A DNA stretch of 64,000 bases from Gnetum montanum (lineage: Eukaryota; Plantae; Gnetophyta): positions 168,544-232,543 of the forward strand of contig MNCI01000399.1 of NCBI GenBank assembly GCA_015680685.1, written 5' to 3'. Made by a program: the position numbers and the translations under genes. Every line of letters begins with the position of its first letter. Position 1 is the first letter of the stretch. Below the pieces are notes generated by a model that made no database searches, was not told the DNA's origin, and saw only the letters and a program-made list of their open reading frames with translations. Shown one piece after another: positions 1 to 12,064 of the stretch.

Positions 1-19
1 TTTTTTTAAAGAATTCAAG

Positions 20-2866
20 GTGGCAGTGGAAAATCAAAGTGGCCGTCCCATCAAGCAAATCCGAACAGATCGAGATGGTGAATTTTTATCCCGGGAATTT
101 GCGGAATTCTGCAAGAAGAATGGCATTATTCATCAAATAACCACGTCCTATACACCCCAACAAAATGGCATTGCCGAACGGAAAAATAGGACCGTGGTTG
201 AAATGGCCAGGTGTTTGTTACAACTCTCTTCCTTGGCGGATACTTTTTGGGCAAAAGCTTGTGCCACTGCCATTTATCTTTTAAATAGGGTGCCTTCCCA
301 ATCCATTCAAAATAAAACACCCTATGAATTCTGGCATGGTCGTACCCCCAATCTTTCCCACTTAAAAATATTTGGTTCGCCCTGTTACGTGCACATTCCT
401 GCCCCCACCCGCCAGAAATTCCATGACAAAGCCAAGCCTTGTATTTTCGTTGGCTATTCTCCCACCTCTAAAGCCTATCGTTGCTATGACACCACCCAGC
501 ACACGATCGATGATTCCCGTGATGTTCGTTTTTTGGAGCAGGATTGTTTTAACCTTAATCTTTTTTTTCCAGGCAGCAAAAATTTTTGTGCAGGCACCGG
601 CACCGATCCGTTTTTTCCGTCTTGCCAACCCATTTCCAGCAACGCCGTCCTCCCTCCCGCTTCACCAGGATGGCGGCCATCTCCAGCCGCTGCCAACCAA
701 GGACCTCCCATCCTACATTCTGCTCCCCCTCGCCACTGTGCGTCTCACAGCCCCCTCACTTCCCCCAGTTTTGTTGGATCCTCCTCGCTGGTGCCTCTCC
801 TTCCTTCTGCGTGGCCCTCTTCCACGGCGTGCCAGGCGCTACAGCCACAGCCGCAGTTTTCCGAAAACAGCCCATCCACTTCCTCCCCCACTGCTGCGAC
901 GTTCCCAATCTACTCTGTCGCCATGCCCTCCCCGCAACGCACCGGCACCTTGCCTTCCCCGCAACACACCGGCACCCTGCCTTCCCCGCAATGCACCAGC
1001 ACCCTGCCTTCCCTGCAACGCATCGGCCCTCTGCCTTCCCCGCGACGCACAGGCGACCTGCCTTCACCAGTCCTCTCCTCTGCACCGACCCCATCTCCTC
1101 CTCGGCCATCTTCCTCCCGGGTGGCTCTCTCTCACCCCGCCACCCAAATGCTGGATCTGAACTTTAACAGACGCTTCACCCGCAGTCATTCTCACCAGCA
1201 GCCTGACTAGTTGCCCCCTGATGCTGCCACCACTGCTCTCTTCTCCAACGTGGGTGATGAATTTTACGTGTTGCTTACGCCGCTGGGGGGAGCTCTGATG
1301 GTTTGGTAGAACCCTCTACCGTCGTCAAAGCTGCACTGGATGATCGTTGGACAGCAGCAATGGAACATGAACTTCAGCAAATCAATAAAAATAACACCTG
1401 GAGTCTAGTTCCTCGCCCGTCTGGTAAGCCTGTCATCAGCTTAAAATGGATATTCAAACTCAAGAGGACTCAATACGGTGAACTAGAAAAATTCAAAGCT
1501 CGCCTTGTTGCCAAAGGCTATCTCCAACAACAAGGCAGAGACTTTGACGTTAGCTTTGCTCCCGTTTCACGAATGGAATCCGTGAAAATCTTTCTAGCGA
1601 TTGCTACTCACGCTGGCTATGTGGTATATCAACTGGATGTGACATCTGCATTCCTCAATGACGTTCTGAATGAAGAAGTCTATGTGGAACAACCTGCAAG
1701 GTTTGTCGATGAAGGCAAACCAGATCATGTGTACAAGCTTCACAAAGCCTTGTACGGACTCAAGCAAGCTCCTCGTGCATGGTATGCACGAATTCATTCA
1801 TTTTTCCTCCAAGAAGGGTTCATTCATCTTCAGTCCCAAACTACAATTTACAAAAAGGTACTCGGAGGTGATTTTATTTTTGTATGTCTGTACGTAGATG
1901 ATTTAATTTATTTTTCATCTATGAATGCATTAGGAAATGATTTCCTGAATGCTATGCAAAACGAGTTTGAAATGTCTGATCTAGGGAATGTCATATTTTT
2001 TGGGTTTTCAAGTAATCCAAAGATCAAAATCCATCTCCATATGCCAAATGAAATTTGCCCGATCTTTACTTGAGAAATTTGGCATGCTTACTAGTAATCC
2101 CACAGACACACCTCTCTCCCTTGGCATCAAACTTACCAAGGATGATAAATCTCCTTCAGTCAATCCATCTCTATACAGGTCCCTAGTTGGTGGTTTATTG
2201 TATCTCTCCAATACACGACCAGATATGCAATATGCTGTGAATTACCTTTCTCGGTTCATGCAAGATCCACATGAATCACATTGGAAAGCTGCAAAAAGAG
2301 TCCTACGTTACTTGAGAACTACCACAGATTTTGGGATCACATTCCATCGTCATTCAAATTTCACAGTATGGGGCTACACTGATGCAGATTGGGGAGGCGA
2401 CCTTGATGATCGAAAGTCAACTTCTGGTTTTTGTCTCTTCTTTGGTCCATCACTCATCTCTTGGGGATCAAAGAAGCAGTCTTCCGTCGCTCTCTCAACA
2501 GCAGAAGCAGAATACATTGCTGCCTCTCATGCTGCGTCTCAGGCTATGTGGATCCACATTGTTTTCACTGAAATGGGACTTACACTTGTTCCTCCCATTC
2601 GCTTATACTGTGACAGCACAAGTGCTATTGCAATGGCACACAATCCAGTTCAGCATGGACGTACCAAACACATTGACATCAAGCATCACCATCTTCGAAG
2701 CCTGATCCAAGAGAATCTCCTCAACATGGTACATTGTGCAACTGAAGCGCAACTAGCAGACATTTTCACCAAGCCAATGAGCCGTGAAAAGTTTGCATCC
2801 TTCAGAGACCTCCTTGGCGTGGAACCTCTTACCATCATGGGGGGGTTTGTGGAAGATGATGTGTAG
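20..2866 (+). pseudogene. Copia pol polyprotein, disrupted (stop at 1208-1210, frameshifts near 1290 and 1995)
   Basis: ORFs 20-1210, 1303-2073 and 1988-2866 are consecutive parts of one pol reading. Confidence 0.9.
925..1069 (+). repeat. 27-bp coding minisatellite (about 5 copies of LPSPQRTGT) in the Copia IN-RT linker
   Basis: The unit GCCTTCCCCGCAACACACCGGCACCCT repeats about 5 times with substitutions. Confidence 0.9.
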
Positions 2867-3141
2867 ACATTCCACAAATTTAGGAGTTTGATCTCATCCT
2901 CCTATCTTTTCTGAATAAGATGAGATCCTAGTTGTCCATGCTTATCCATATTCATGCTTATCTATATCCATGATTGTCTCATCCTTGAATGTTGTTGGAA
3001 GAATCCAACTTTATATATTTGTAGCAGCACATACTTAAAAACACAGATTGAAGATTAAAAGATTAAGAGAGTTTATTTTTGTTCTTTACTTTCTGCTCAG
3101 CATAGGTAGAAGATCCAGGGCCCTTTAGTTTAGATTTTTCA
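2848..3141 (+). repeat. 3' LTR of the Copia element (right end approximate)
   Basis: Starts TGTGGAAG immediately after the PPT, contains a TATA-like TTATATAT near 3011, and has a plausible ...TTTTCA end near 3141. Confidence 0.55.
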
Positions 3142-3475
3142 AAAAGATGGTGGAAAAGACGTGCAATGTAAAAAAATGAAAACTTTTAAAGATTTTTTAT
3201 TGCAAATTATATCAGCATGTAACCAATGAAAATTGGAAACAGAATTAGTCAAACAAAAATAAACATAATAACAAATGCATAACTACATAGATATGACGAC
3301 ATGGCATGCATAAATTCCCCTGTGCAATACCCACATCTCCCTGAACATGTCACTGATGTTAAATTTTGTTGTGTTCTGTTATGCTTGCAAGGTAAAAATT
3401 TAAAATGTTTTGTACCCTACTTTAAATTTTTAATGAAACATTTCATTTTGTTCAAATCATTTTTGCCTTCTGCAG

Positions 3476-3632
3476 TTTAAATAATATTAGAAAAACTTTG
3501 CATCCCAAAAGATGGAAGAGCTTCCATGAACAGCTATGGCCCCATTTTTAGAGAAGCATGACTGGTTGAGAAGTTACACATATACTGACAGAAATGTATA
3601 CATTACGCCACTAAATGATCCTGTCATTAAGT
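3476..3632 (+). other. Exon-like segment with canonical splice sites but in-frame stops (pseudo-exon of unknown origin)
   Basis: Preceded by ttttgccttctgcAG and followed by GTAAGT. Frame 1 reads FK*Y*KNFASQKMEELP*TAMAPFLEKHDWLRSYTYTDRNVYITPLNDPVIK, which is not recognisable as LSF1. Confidence 0.35.
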
Positions 3633-3699
3633 GTAAGTAATTGTTTGACCCACAATCTTATGAACATTCAAGTCAAACAAGTTTAAGTTGATGTACCTT

Positions 3700-5085
3700 T
3701 GAAAAGAAAAACACGATATTCATTTAGGGAGGTCCTTGGTTCTGTGGGGTCAGAGGTTTTGCCATGACATACTGGTCTATAGGGGCCCGTAAGGACCTTG
3801 ACTTGTTTGACTGTGCACTTATCTAGATTAGGGTGCATGGCCTCCCTTGGGAGACTTGGTTCAGTTCTTTTCTTCAAACCCTAGTGGAGTTCTTTGGGAA
3901 CTTTATTTCACTAGACAAGTACACAACCTCTAGAAATAGGGCTTTGCTCTTTTGTGTGTGTGGAGGAGTCTTAAGATAGTAGATTTGGTCTCAAAAATTC
4001 CATTGGAGCAGTTGCAGGAATCAAAAGCCTTAGAGGGGAGGAAGGATACTTCTTTTGGGACTTTTTAGACCAACAGAGAGGTGTTTGTACAGCCCAAGAC
4101 AAAGGGATGCTACTTTTGTGGAAAGAAAAATTACCATACTGAGGATTTCAGGGTTTGGAAGTGGCAAGGGGGAACCTTTGATTCTTACTAAGGGTTGTCC
4201 CATGAAAGGAGTGCAACGTTAGGACCACAGGGATGCTTCTTGGGTTATGGCTTTGGTTCCAAGACTAATGTCAAGGCTGATCCTTAAGGTGTCTCTAAGC
4301 ACGAAGTCATCTTTGACGCAAACAAATTGGTTCTAGGTCTTGTTAGAGATGACAAGTAATGAGGATTCTAAACTAGTGGTTCCAATTGCAGCTTCCCTAC
4401 TAAATAAGACAAATATTACAATTAAGGGGAGTTGGGCCCTTCGAAGTCATTTCACTGAAACTAAAAGTGGTCACATTGGAACTCCCTCTATTCGGTTCTT
4501 GGGTTACCTTTGTGCATAGATACATTGTGGCTTCCAAAGAAGTTAAACAACAAATTCTGAAAACCACCTCATCAAATGATGTAGGACATGAGGTGGAAGT
4601 CAAGTGCAAGGTTGGATGCCCAAAAATTTTTCATGTGCACTAGTACGAGAGCTAGAACAATATTAAATTAGGAAATTAGGGGACCTTGAAAGAGGTCTAG
4701 CAATAGACCATGAATCTCTTATCTTGGGATTGTGAGGGTCAAGGTACCTCCTATAAAGGAAATATCCTTAAAGATTTAGCTAAGGAAGGAAATTGTGATT
4801 TAATCTTATTGTAGAAGACCAAAGTTGATAAAATGCATGAAGACTTCTTGCAATGGAAGGAAGAGATTTCTCAATTAGTCTTCTTAAGGGGCATGGCAAG
4901 GGGATCGGTGATATTATCCAAGGATAACCTCAAGGTGATCTCTATCTTAGATTGCATGCAAATTGTGTATGATGATGCTTGGGATCTATGGATTGCTAAT
5001 GTTTATGGCCTACAAATTTTGGATGACAGGGTTACATAGTTGAGGGTTGTTGCTTAATTTGTTCTAGATAAAGAAAGATGCATTT
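3700..5085 (+). mobile_element. Highly decayed L1-clade LINE fragment (ORF1 end and endonuclease start), related to the GC-rich family
   Basis: GGPWFCGVRGFA (DUF4283-like) near 3728. MNLLSWDCEGQGTSYKGNILKD at 4710 parallels MKVFSWNCRGQGTPYKRNTL of the younger copies. Confidence 0.7.
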
Positions 5086-5089
5086 TTGC

Positions 5090-6438
5090 TAGTGATTCGT
5101 ATGGTTGGGCATAGGGAATACCTGTTGCTCATCATTGGTAAGTATTAGTAAATAGAGAACTCACACAAAGTTATTGTAAGGAGTAAATAACATATTATCT
5201 TTCAGACAAAATAATAATAATAGTTTATCAGTGCACACTTTATCAAAACAACTAAGATGGCTTCTTCTTGCAAGAATGATTCACCCCCACCTAGTGATGA
5301 CTTCAACCAACAACATGACAAATCCAAAAGGACTACTGGTGAGAAACCTCAATAGTTGAAAGTGGTCTATGCATATCTAGATTTCACTTTCATCCTTCAT
5401 CTGGATGAATAGCTATGCTAGAGGGATTTGGAGGGCAACATTTTATTACTTCCCAATGGTTTTGTTCCCTTAATGCTCATGACAAATCTCATGAAGCTAG
5501 GGCTTGAATCATCAAGCCTAGATTATGAGGTAATGGACCATATCTTCAGAGATCATCAGCCAATAGATGCCCAACTTAGAAAACATCAATGCATGGAGGT
5601 CCACTATGAAGCCTGTAAGGACAAAAGGTCCTAATATCATTGTTTCCACAGCCACAAAAGGAAGGTCCTAAATTTCTAACATGGCAATCTCAACATCAAG
5701 ATCCGCCTCCTTTCGGTGAGGAAGACATACTTCACCAATGGTTATAATCAACCTTGGTGGATAACCACAGTGAGGGAAGAACAACATCCAAAACTAGGAG
5801 AACCTCAAGGCAAAGTTCTCCAAATCATTCCTTAAAAGAAAAAGAAAAAGAAAAAGAAAAGGACAAAAGAAGAAGGATCAATAGGCACCACTCTCCTAAC
5901 CCTCCACCTTCACCATCCTCCTCATCATCAAACTCTGACAAGGACTATGACTGAGACCGAAGGAGGAATGATTGGGACCAAGATGGAGATGACTGAAAAT
6001 CCCATTGTAGTGATGGAAAAAGAGAGCATAGTCAACTGCAAGAGGAAGAGGAGTATGATCAGGAACGAAGGCATAGTAGGTCGCATTATAGGGGACGACC
6101 ATGAATATAATGACTATGATGAACCACTGCTAACAACAAAAAGCATGATTAATATTTCAGAAGCTATTCGAATCCCTACTAGGCATCAAAGGGATAGTAG
6201 AATTAAATGGATTAACATGAATAATATCTCTAAATTCAAAAGAGGATATAATGTTGATCCACAACATCTTTTACAGGCATTCCATGATGTCTATGCCTTG
6301 CAGAACATTGAGAATGAATGGCAAAAACTCAAACTGTTCCCTAGGACACTTATCAAGGAAGCTAAAAGTTGGTACTAGTCCTTGGGACTGGAATCTATTC
6401 ACAGATGGAGTATGATGTTGGAACTATTTAATGATAAG
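5090..6438 (+). mobile_element. Relic of an Athila-like Gypsy element (LTR 3' end at 5134, then gag-proximal region); same family as 45393-55272
   Basis: LTR end ...CGTATGGTTGGGCATAGGGAATACCTGTTGCTCATCA matches the ends at 46195 and 55272. AIRIPTRHQRDSRIKW...DPQHLLQAFHD matches 47230-47436. Confidence 0.85.
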
Positions 6439-7400
6439 TGAATAAGAAGGAAAGATGAAAAGATTGGAAAAATAATTCTATCACTCTTTCATTCATCTTG
6501 AATCAACAATTACAACAATTTATAGGAAAGAATTACAATAGGAAATCTGCTAAATAAGGAACAAAAAATCTAGAAAATAACTGATAAATATTGATGACAA
6601 AACTTGATTATGAGAATCAACTAATTTTTGTAAGTTGATCCACAAAATCAGGCCCTAATTGATTTAGGGAATCAACTAATTTTGGTAAGTTGATCCAACT
6701 TTATTCTGAGTTTCTAACACTTCCCTTCAAGCTGGTGAATAGATATCTATCATTCCTAGCTTGCTAACAAAAGAATCAAAGCTTGGTTTGCACAAGGCCT
6801 TTGTGAGAATATCAACTTCTTGCATCTTGGTAAAAATGTAGGATAGAGCAATTATTCCATTGTCAACTTTATTTTTTATGAAATTCTTGCCAATTCTTAC
6901 ATGCTTCATATGATCATGCTGGATTGCATTTTGGACGATACTGATGGCAGACTTACTATCGCTAAACAACCTCATCAGATCACTTTGAGGTATCTTGAGA
7001 TCTTCCATCAACCTTTGTAGCCAAATGAGTTCACATATTCCTTGTGTTATAGCTCTATATTCAGCTTCTGCACTACTACATGCTACAACAAATTGTTTTT
7101 TGCTTCTCCATGTCACTAAGTTTCTCTAGACCTTGGTACAATCCCCTGTAGTAGACGTGTTGTCTTCAATGGCTCCGACCCAATCTGCATTAACAAAATA
7201 AAAAATGTCCATTTCATTGCCCTTCTTGAACAATAGTCCCTTCCTTGGGCATCCCTTTAGATACCTTAGAATCTAATTTACAGCATCTTGGTGTCTCTTT
7301 GTAGGAGCATGCATGAACTGGCTAACAATACTTATGCTGAAAGCAATATTTGGCCTAGTGAGAAACAAATAGATGAGCTTACCAACCAAGCGTTGATAGC
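6439..7400 (-). mobile_element. Copia fragment: RT end, RNase H, PPT and 3' LTR (6439-6719), inserted in the Gypsy relic
   Basis: ORF 6727-7116 reads TWRSKKQ...SSAEAEYRA...VDILTKAL. Purine tract GAAGGGAAG is followed by a TGTTAG...ATTCA LTR containing an internal duplication of about 29 bp. Confidence 0.85.
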
Positions 7401-7420
7401 AGGTTAAGGGTTGGTTAACG

Positions 7421-10116
7421 TAGGTTAAGGGTCAAGTCACGTTGGTTCTAGGGTTCCCTCTTGGGATGGCTTAGGACTCCTATTTTGGTATCCTACTCTT
7501 TGCTTGGGATCAATACATGGCTTGGGGGGAGGTTCTGAAAAAAATTGAGGGTCAGGTGGGACATTGGGCTAATCGGTTTCTCACCTAGAAAGGGCAACTA
7601 GTGCTGGCATCCGAGGTGCTCGTGGCAATGGCATGCTTTGTGGTTGCTGTTGCAACCCCCCCCCCCCCCCCCCCNAATCAACTCATTTGAAATTTTGTGT
7701 GGACGGGCGACATAGGGGGGAGCAAATTACACCTGGTTGGGTGGGACCAAATCGCACATCCTCAGGAAGCGGTGGCTCTAGGCATTTCCAGATTTGAGGA
7801 TGAGCTGACAATTGGACAATAGCGGTTGCTTTTACGATTCACCCACCAGGGTGCAGGGACTACACAATGGGTTTAGATCATGAGAGAAAAATATGTCAAG
7901 TGGTGGATGGGGGTGCACAACTTGAGACCCTAGCGAACACTTTGCACCCATGCACAACGCATGCAAGTGTAGGGGTGGATGGAGCTAGCACCATGCCAGC
8001 TCATGCAAGCAATGTACCTACCAATACACGATTGGAGGTAGGTCTAGCAAGGGAGACTGCTAGAAAAAATGAAGGTTTTTCTTTGGCTCCTCGAGAGCAA
8101 TGCCTTGCCAATTTAGGTGGCTTTAATGCTGCATGGCCTCAACATTGATGCCACCTGCTCTCTCTGCGACGGTGGGTCCAAGACTATCCTGCATTTTGTT
8201 TTCTAGTGCCCTTACATGTAGGACAAGTGGAGCACAATGCGATGGCTTACCTTTGCACTGCTCTCAGGAGACTCCAAGGCCACGTTGCTTTTATAGGAGG
8301 CATGGAATATCTGAAATCACAAAATCTTCCGACAGTAGTGTGTGCCTGCCCCTGTGCAAGTGGTTTCCTATGTCGAAAAAGCCTGGGCCAAAATTGTGAT
8401 GGCAATGGGGGTCACATTGACCTACGAACTAGATTGCACAGTGTTCCACGCACACACTAAGCTCTGGGGGTTCGTTGAGCAATGTGGGTGGAAGACTCTC
8501 CTCCCATGGCTACTAGGTGACCTGGCCCTCCCTGATGATGCCTTCTTCACAAACTGGTTAGATGACGAGATGGAATTTCAGGGCATGGAAATCACAATAA
8601 CAAAAATGGTGATCACTAGGTATCTGGGGGCCTAGGTGGATGGCGAAATTATTCTTCCCACAACCCAAGGGTTTCAAGATGCTGACTTGTTCTTTGATGG
8701 GCTAGTGCATGAGAGTTGGTAGGTACCCAAGTCTACTCTACTACCGGTTTGGGGTTGAGTTGTTGAGCTAGTCAACCGTTTCTTTGTCCAATGTGGCAAT
8801 GGGTCCAAGCTTCAGGGTACGCATTTTGCATTCCTAAAATGCTTGAAATTTGGGCTCAAAGTCAACATGCCCTACTTTTTCCTAGCTACCTTATGACAGC
8901 GGAAGAGGGGATGCCATTTTGAGCTTATTTTAGCCCTTTGGCGGAGTGTGGTGGAGGTGTGGCCAGTGGTAGGTCCTCCTAGCTCTTCTTGATTTGGGGT
9001 TGTTTTGACACCTGCGGTGGTCTACACACGAAAGCGGGTTGGCTGACAAGGGTTGGCTGCCCCAGGTCCAATGACCGTGGCAGATGCATTTTTGCCCGTG
9101 GAGTCTGGTCGGGATGTGTTGCTTGTCACGGAGCTCAACCAAGTTGCGAAGGAGGCGGAGGCGACAACTCGAGTTGAGGAGTGGTAGGCCTGGGAGGCCT
9201 GATGGGAGGAAACCCTCTTATGGGCGCAAGCTGACTTGGAGGCACGCTTTCGCAAGCAGGAGCAGAAGCCGCTTCGACAACAGGCCCTGCTCAAGGAGGG
9301 ATCCCGTGCCCAGCTAGTGGATGTGCTCTATGTCCAAGTTTGGGAGGGGAGCTGTAGCAAGAGGAAGTTGCATGCAAGAAAGGGAGCGAACAGACCACAC
9401 ACAACAATCTCAGGAGCACGAAGAGGAGAGACAAAGACAACAGTTGGACAGGGCACACGAATAGAGCATGCAACAATGGCTTCATGAGGGGAGGTGTCCA
9501 TATGCCATGTTGGGCATAAATTGCTAGTGCTATTGGGTGGCTCTCAGGTGGCACATTCGCCGTACCTCCATGCATTTCCACTCAGATAGTGCAAAGTCGG
9601 CTAGGGAGAGGGGTCATCATGAGGTTGTTTTGCAGAAGTTCCAGTAGGCAGCTAGTTTTGTGGGTTCTAAGTTGCATCATAATACCTTGGATATCCTCCA
9701 TGCTCTTGAGTGGCCGCAGTGCGAATGTCATGCTTTGCCTGGGCACCTGTAGCGGCTCCAGGGTTTCCTAGGCCCCATCTGTGGTTTGGATCCCACCTTG
9801 TGGGTGGGGGTGTGTGTTGGTCAGTGTTCCTTTTGGGTAGGTTGGCCCTCTATTTTGTTCAGTGGTGCGTGTCTGGTGCATTTGGGTGTGGGGGTTTGGG
9901 GGTTGGTGTCACCCTTCGGCAAACTTTGTCTGTGGAGGTCCATCTAGGTTGGGCCCAGGGGCAGCCAAGCTGGGGTCAGGGGTGTCTATTTTCCCCCTCC
10001 CTACGGGTTGGCCCACTTGGCCATTTGCTAGTGGCCTTGAATTATACTTTTTATTTTTATTTTCTTTTTACTAATCTAATCCCGAACATTCTCTCAAAAA
10101 AGAAAAGAAAAAAAAA
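7421..10116 (+). mobile_element. L1-clade LINE copy A, 5'-truncated, with extended ORF2 C-terminus (plant-transposon-like domain, coiled coil, J-domain) and poly(A)
   Basis: Post-RT motifs WANRFLT and FVW, then zf-RVT remnant, extension 8342-9752, and 3' motif TAATCTAATCCCGAACATTCTCTC followed by an A-rich tail to 10116. Confidence 0.9.
9495..9692 (+). pseudogene. J-domain coding segment of LINE copy A
   Basis: CPYAMLGINC*CYWVALRWHIRRTSMHFHSDSAKSARERGHHEVVLQKFQ*AASFVGSKLHHNTLD. HPD has become HSD by a single C>T change (CCA>TCA). Confidence 0.8.
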
Positions 10117-10534
10117 GTGAATACTTGGTACACCTGGTAGTAGACACTTAGTAACCCAATAGTATTAGTATGTGTTCAGGATGTGTACGGAAAATGGGAA
10201 CGAATACTCCACATTTAGGCTAGTTAGTTAATTAAGTAGTTAATTAGTTGGTTAATTTAGATATTAAATCTTTATTCACTTAATCATTTCATAAGCAGAA
10301 AAAATGATAAAAAAATATAAAAATAAAAATAAATATCTTACACTCAAATCACACTTAACAATACGCACGAATTAACACAAGTGTTGAATGGGAAGACAAC
10401 GACTAATGACTACATATTTCACCATCTAGGAATATCGGCCACTTAGGTAAATCAAGTCAATGGAATTCGACCGAATCACACTTACATGCGAGTGATTGGT
10501 ATGGTTAAGTGTAGGGAATACCCGTTGCTCATCA
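10117..10534 (+). repeat. Partial LTR (3' half) of the Athila-like family
   Basis: Similar to 45830-46195 (ACACTT.GTAACCCAATA, GGGAAGACAAC, GGAATTCGACC) and ends ...GTTGCTCATCA. Confidence 0.8.
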
Positions 10535-11795
10535 ACTACCATGCTAGAAATTAATATTTTGATTGAATCAAGGAAAATATGGTCCCACCAAGTACCTTTT
10601 TAATTGTTTAACATTAAAATCTTAAAATCTAGAGTTCGAATTTTAAAACTAATTGTAGATCTATACTCTAGGTGTAAAGTTGAGTTAGTCCACCTAATTT
10701 GAGTGCGATCCACCAAAAGAAAAAAAAAACCCATGAAAACCAAACAGTGGCAAACAAAAATCTATGCAAGGTTCCTTTGATACAATGTACAGGTCTGATT
10801 TTTTCTTTATTTACCGATCAGATTCTGATTTTTCTCAGACCATAATAATATATCAAATGTTGTTCATCAACAGACTCATCTAACCCAACAGTTTGGCCAC
10901 AAAAAATATAGAAATCAATAATATCAAATCCTTTCAATTGGAAAATAATGCTATCTTATTTTCTTTCAACAACCCTCACAATAAAAATAATTTCAAATCA
11001 ACTTTTCTAAACTGAAATAATAAATTGCACACCACTAAGATTTAATCAAACTATCTAAAATAAAGACCTACATTTAACAGCCATAATTTAACATCTCTAA
11101 CATTTAATAACCATAAATTAATATTCTAGATTTCCTCTACTCCATTGGACTTGTAGAAAGATAGCAAAATCAGACTTGAGAAGGTCCACAAATAAGAATA
11201 AAAATTCAATCCAAGGATTAAGCATTGAATGAAACCATCAAGCCAATTTTCTAGCCAAGAACCAAAAATTCAACAATTCTGTAAATTTCAGAAAATCACA
11301 AAATAAACATGGGCCCGGGGATACTCTTGCTTTCTGATGGTGGTACCAATCCTCATATTTGTCTCTTCTTTCAACGCTTAAAGCATAACATAAAGAAATC
11401 ATTGTTTCTTCTTTCTTTTCAAATCTAATTGCTGAATAATTAGAATTCACACCATAGCCCTTAGAGATAAGATATCCAAAACTTATATAAATGCACACTG
11501 AAGCAAGTACATAAGATACATTAATACACACACAGTTCACATAGAAACATTCTAATTAGTTTAAGAAATCATTTCAAAGAACTGAGATCATGCAACACAT
11601 AAGAATAAAAGCATAGTAACAACCTCATAAATAATACAACATTTCAGCTTCATTTCTACTTAACATTCCTTTTGTTCATTCCATTAATATGCTAAATCAA
11701 TGGGTAGTACTTATCAATACAAGCACATTAGCAACACTCTAAATCTATCACAATCATAAAATTTAGATGATTCTACAAATCAACATCATCCACAC

Positions 11796-12050
11796 CCTCA
11801 AACGTCCACATTGCGCCTGTCATAGGCTATCAACAAGCCCATAGCGGGGCCACCCCCCGCCGCCCCCCACCCCCCGTTTTTGCTATTTCGTGCTCTTGGT
11901 GTTGAGTGTCTAGTGTTCGGTTTGCACAATTGATTGAGGCTTAAAACCTCCCATCTGGGCCAATGCCGTTGACCCACATTTTGTAATTTTTCTTGTATTC
12001 TATCTTCAATAATATATCCCGAACATTTCCTCAAAAAAAAAAAAAAAAAA
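11796..12050 (+). mobile_element. Severely 5'-truncated LINE copy D of the J-domain family, with 14-bp TSD
   Basis: Encodes the last ORF2 codons LKRPHCACHRLSTSP*, then the 3' motif TAATATATCCCGAACATTTCCTC and a pure poly(A). TSD AACATCATCCACAC (11782-11795) / AACACCATCCACAC (12051-12064). Confidence 0.88.
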
Positions 12051-12064
12051 AACACCATCCACAC

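Larger units (their letters stand above)
1..3141 (+). mobile_element. Ty1/Copia LTR retrotransposon, 3' part (integrase-RT-RNase H, PPT, 3' LTR); 5' end outside window
   Basis: Integrase motifs (IRTDRDGEF, YTPQQNGIAERKNRT), RT (KWIFKLK...KARLVAKGY, LYVDDL) and RNase H (YTDADWGG, LSTAEAEY, QLADIFTK), in Copia order. G-rich PPT at 2839-2845, followed by TG at 2848. Confidence 0.95.

Noticed and set aside
372-1167. Overlapping 262-aa and 193-aa ORFs in the Copia element
   Set aside because: Off-frame products of a GC-rich repetitive linker lacking stops.
9495-9692. J-domain as an independent host DnaJ gene or processed pseudogene
   Set aside because: It sits at the same position inside three LINE copies in both orientations, continuous with ORF2 and upstream of the LINE 3' UTR. 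No G/F-rich region or separate gene structure is present.
10560-11760. AT-rich block, including ORF 11238-11540, as a gene or defined TE
   Set aside because: No motifs, TIRs or TSD could be established.
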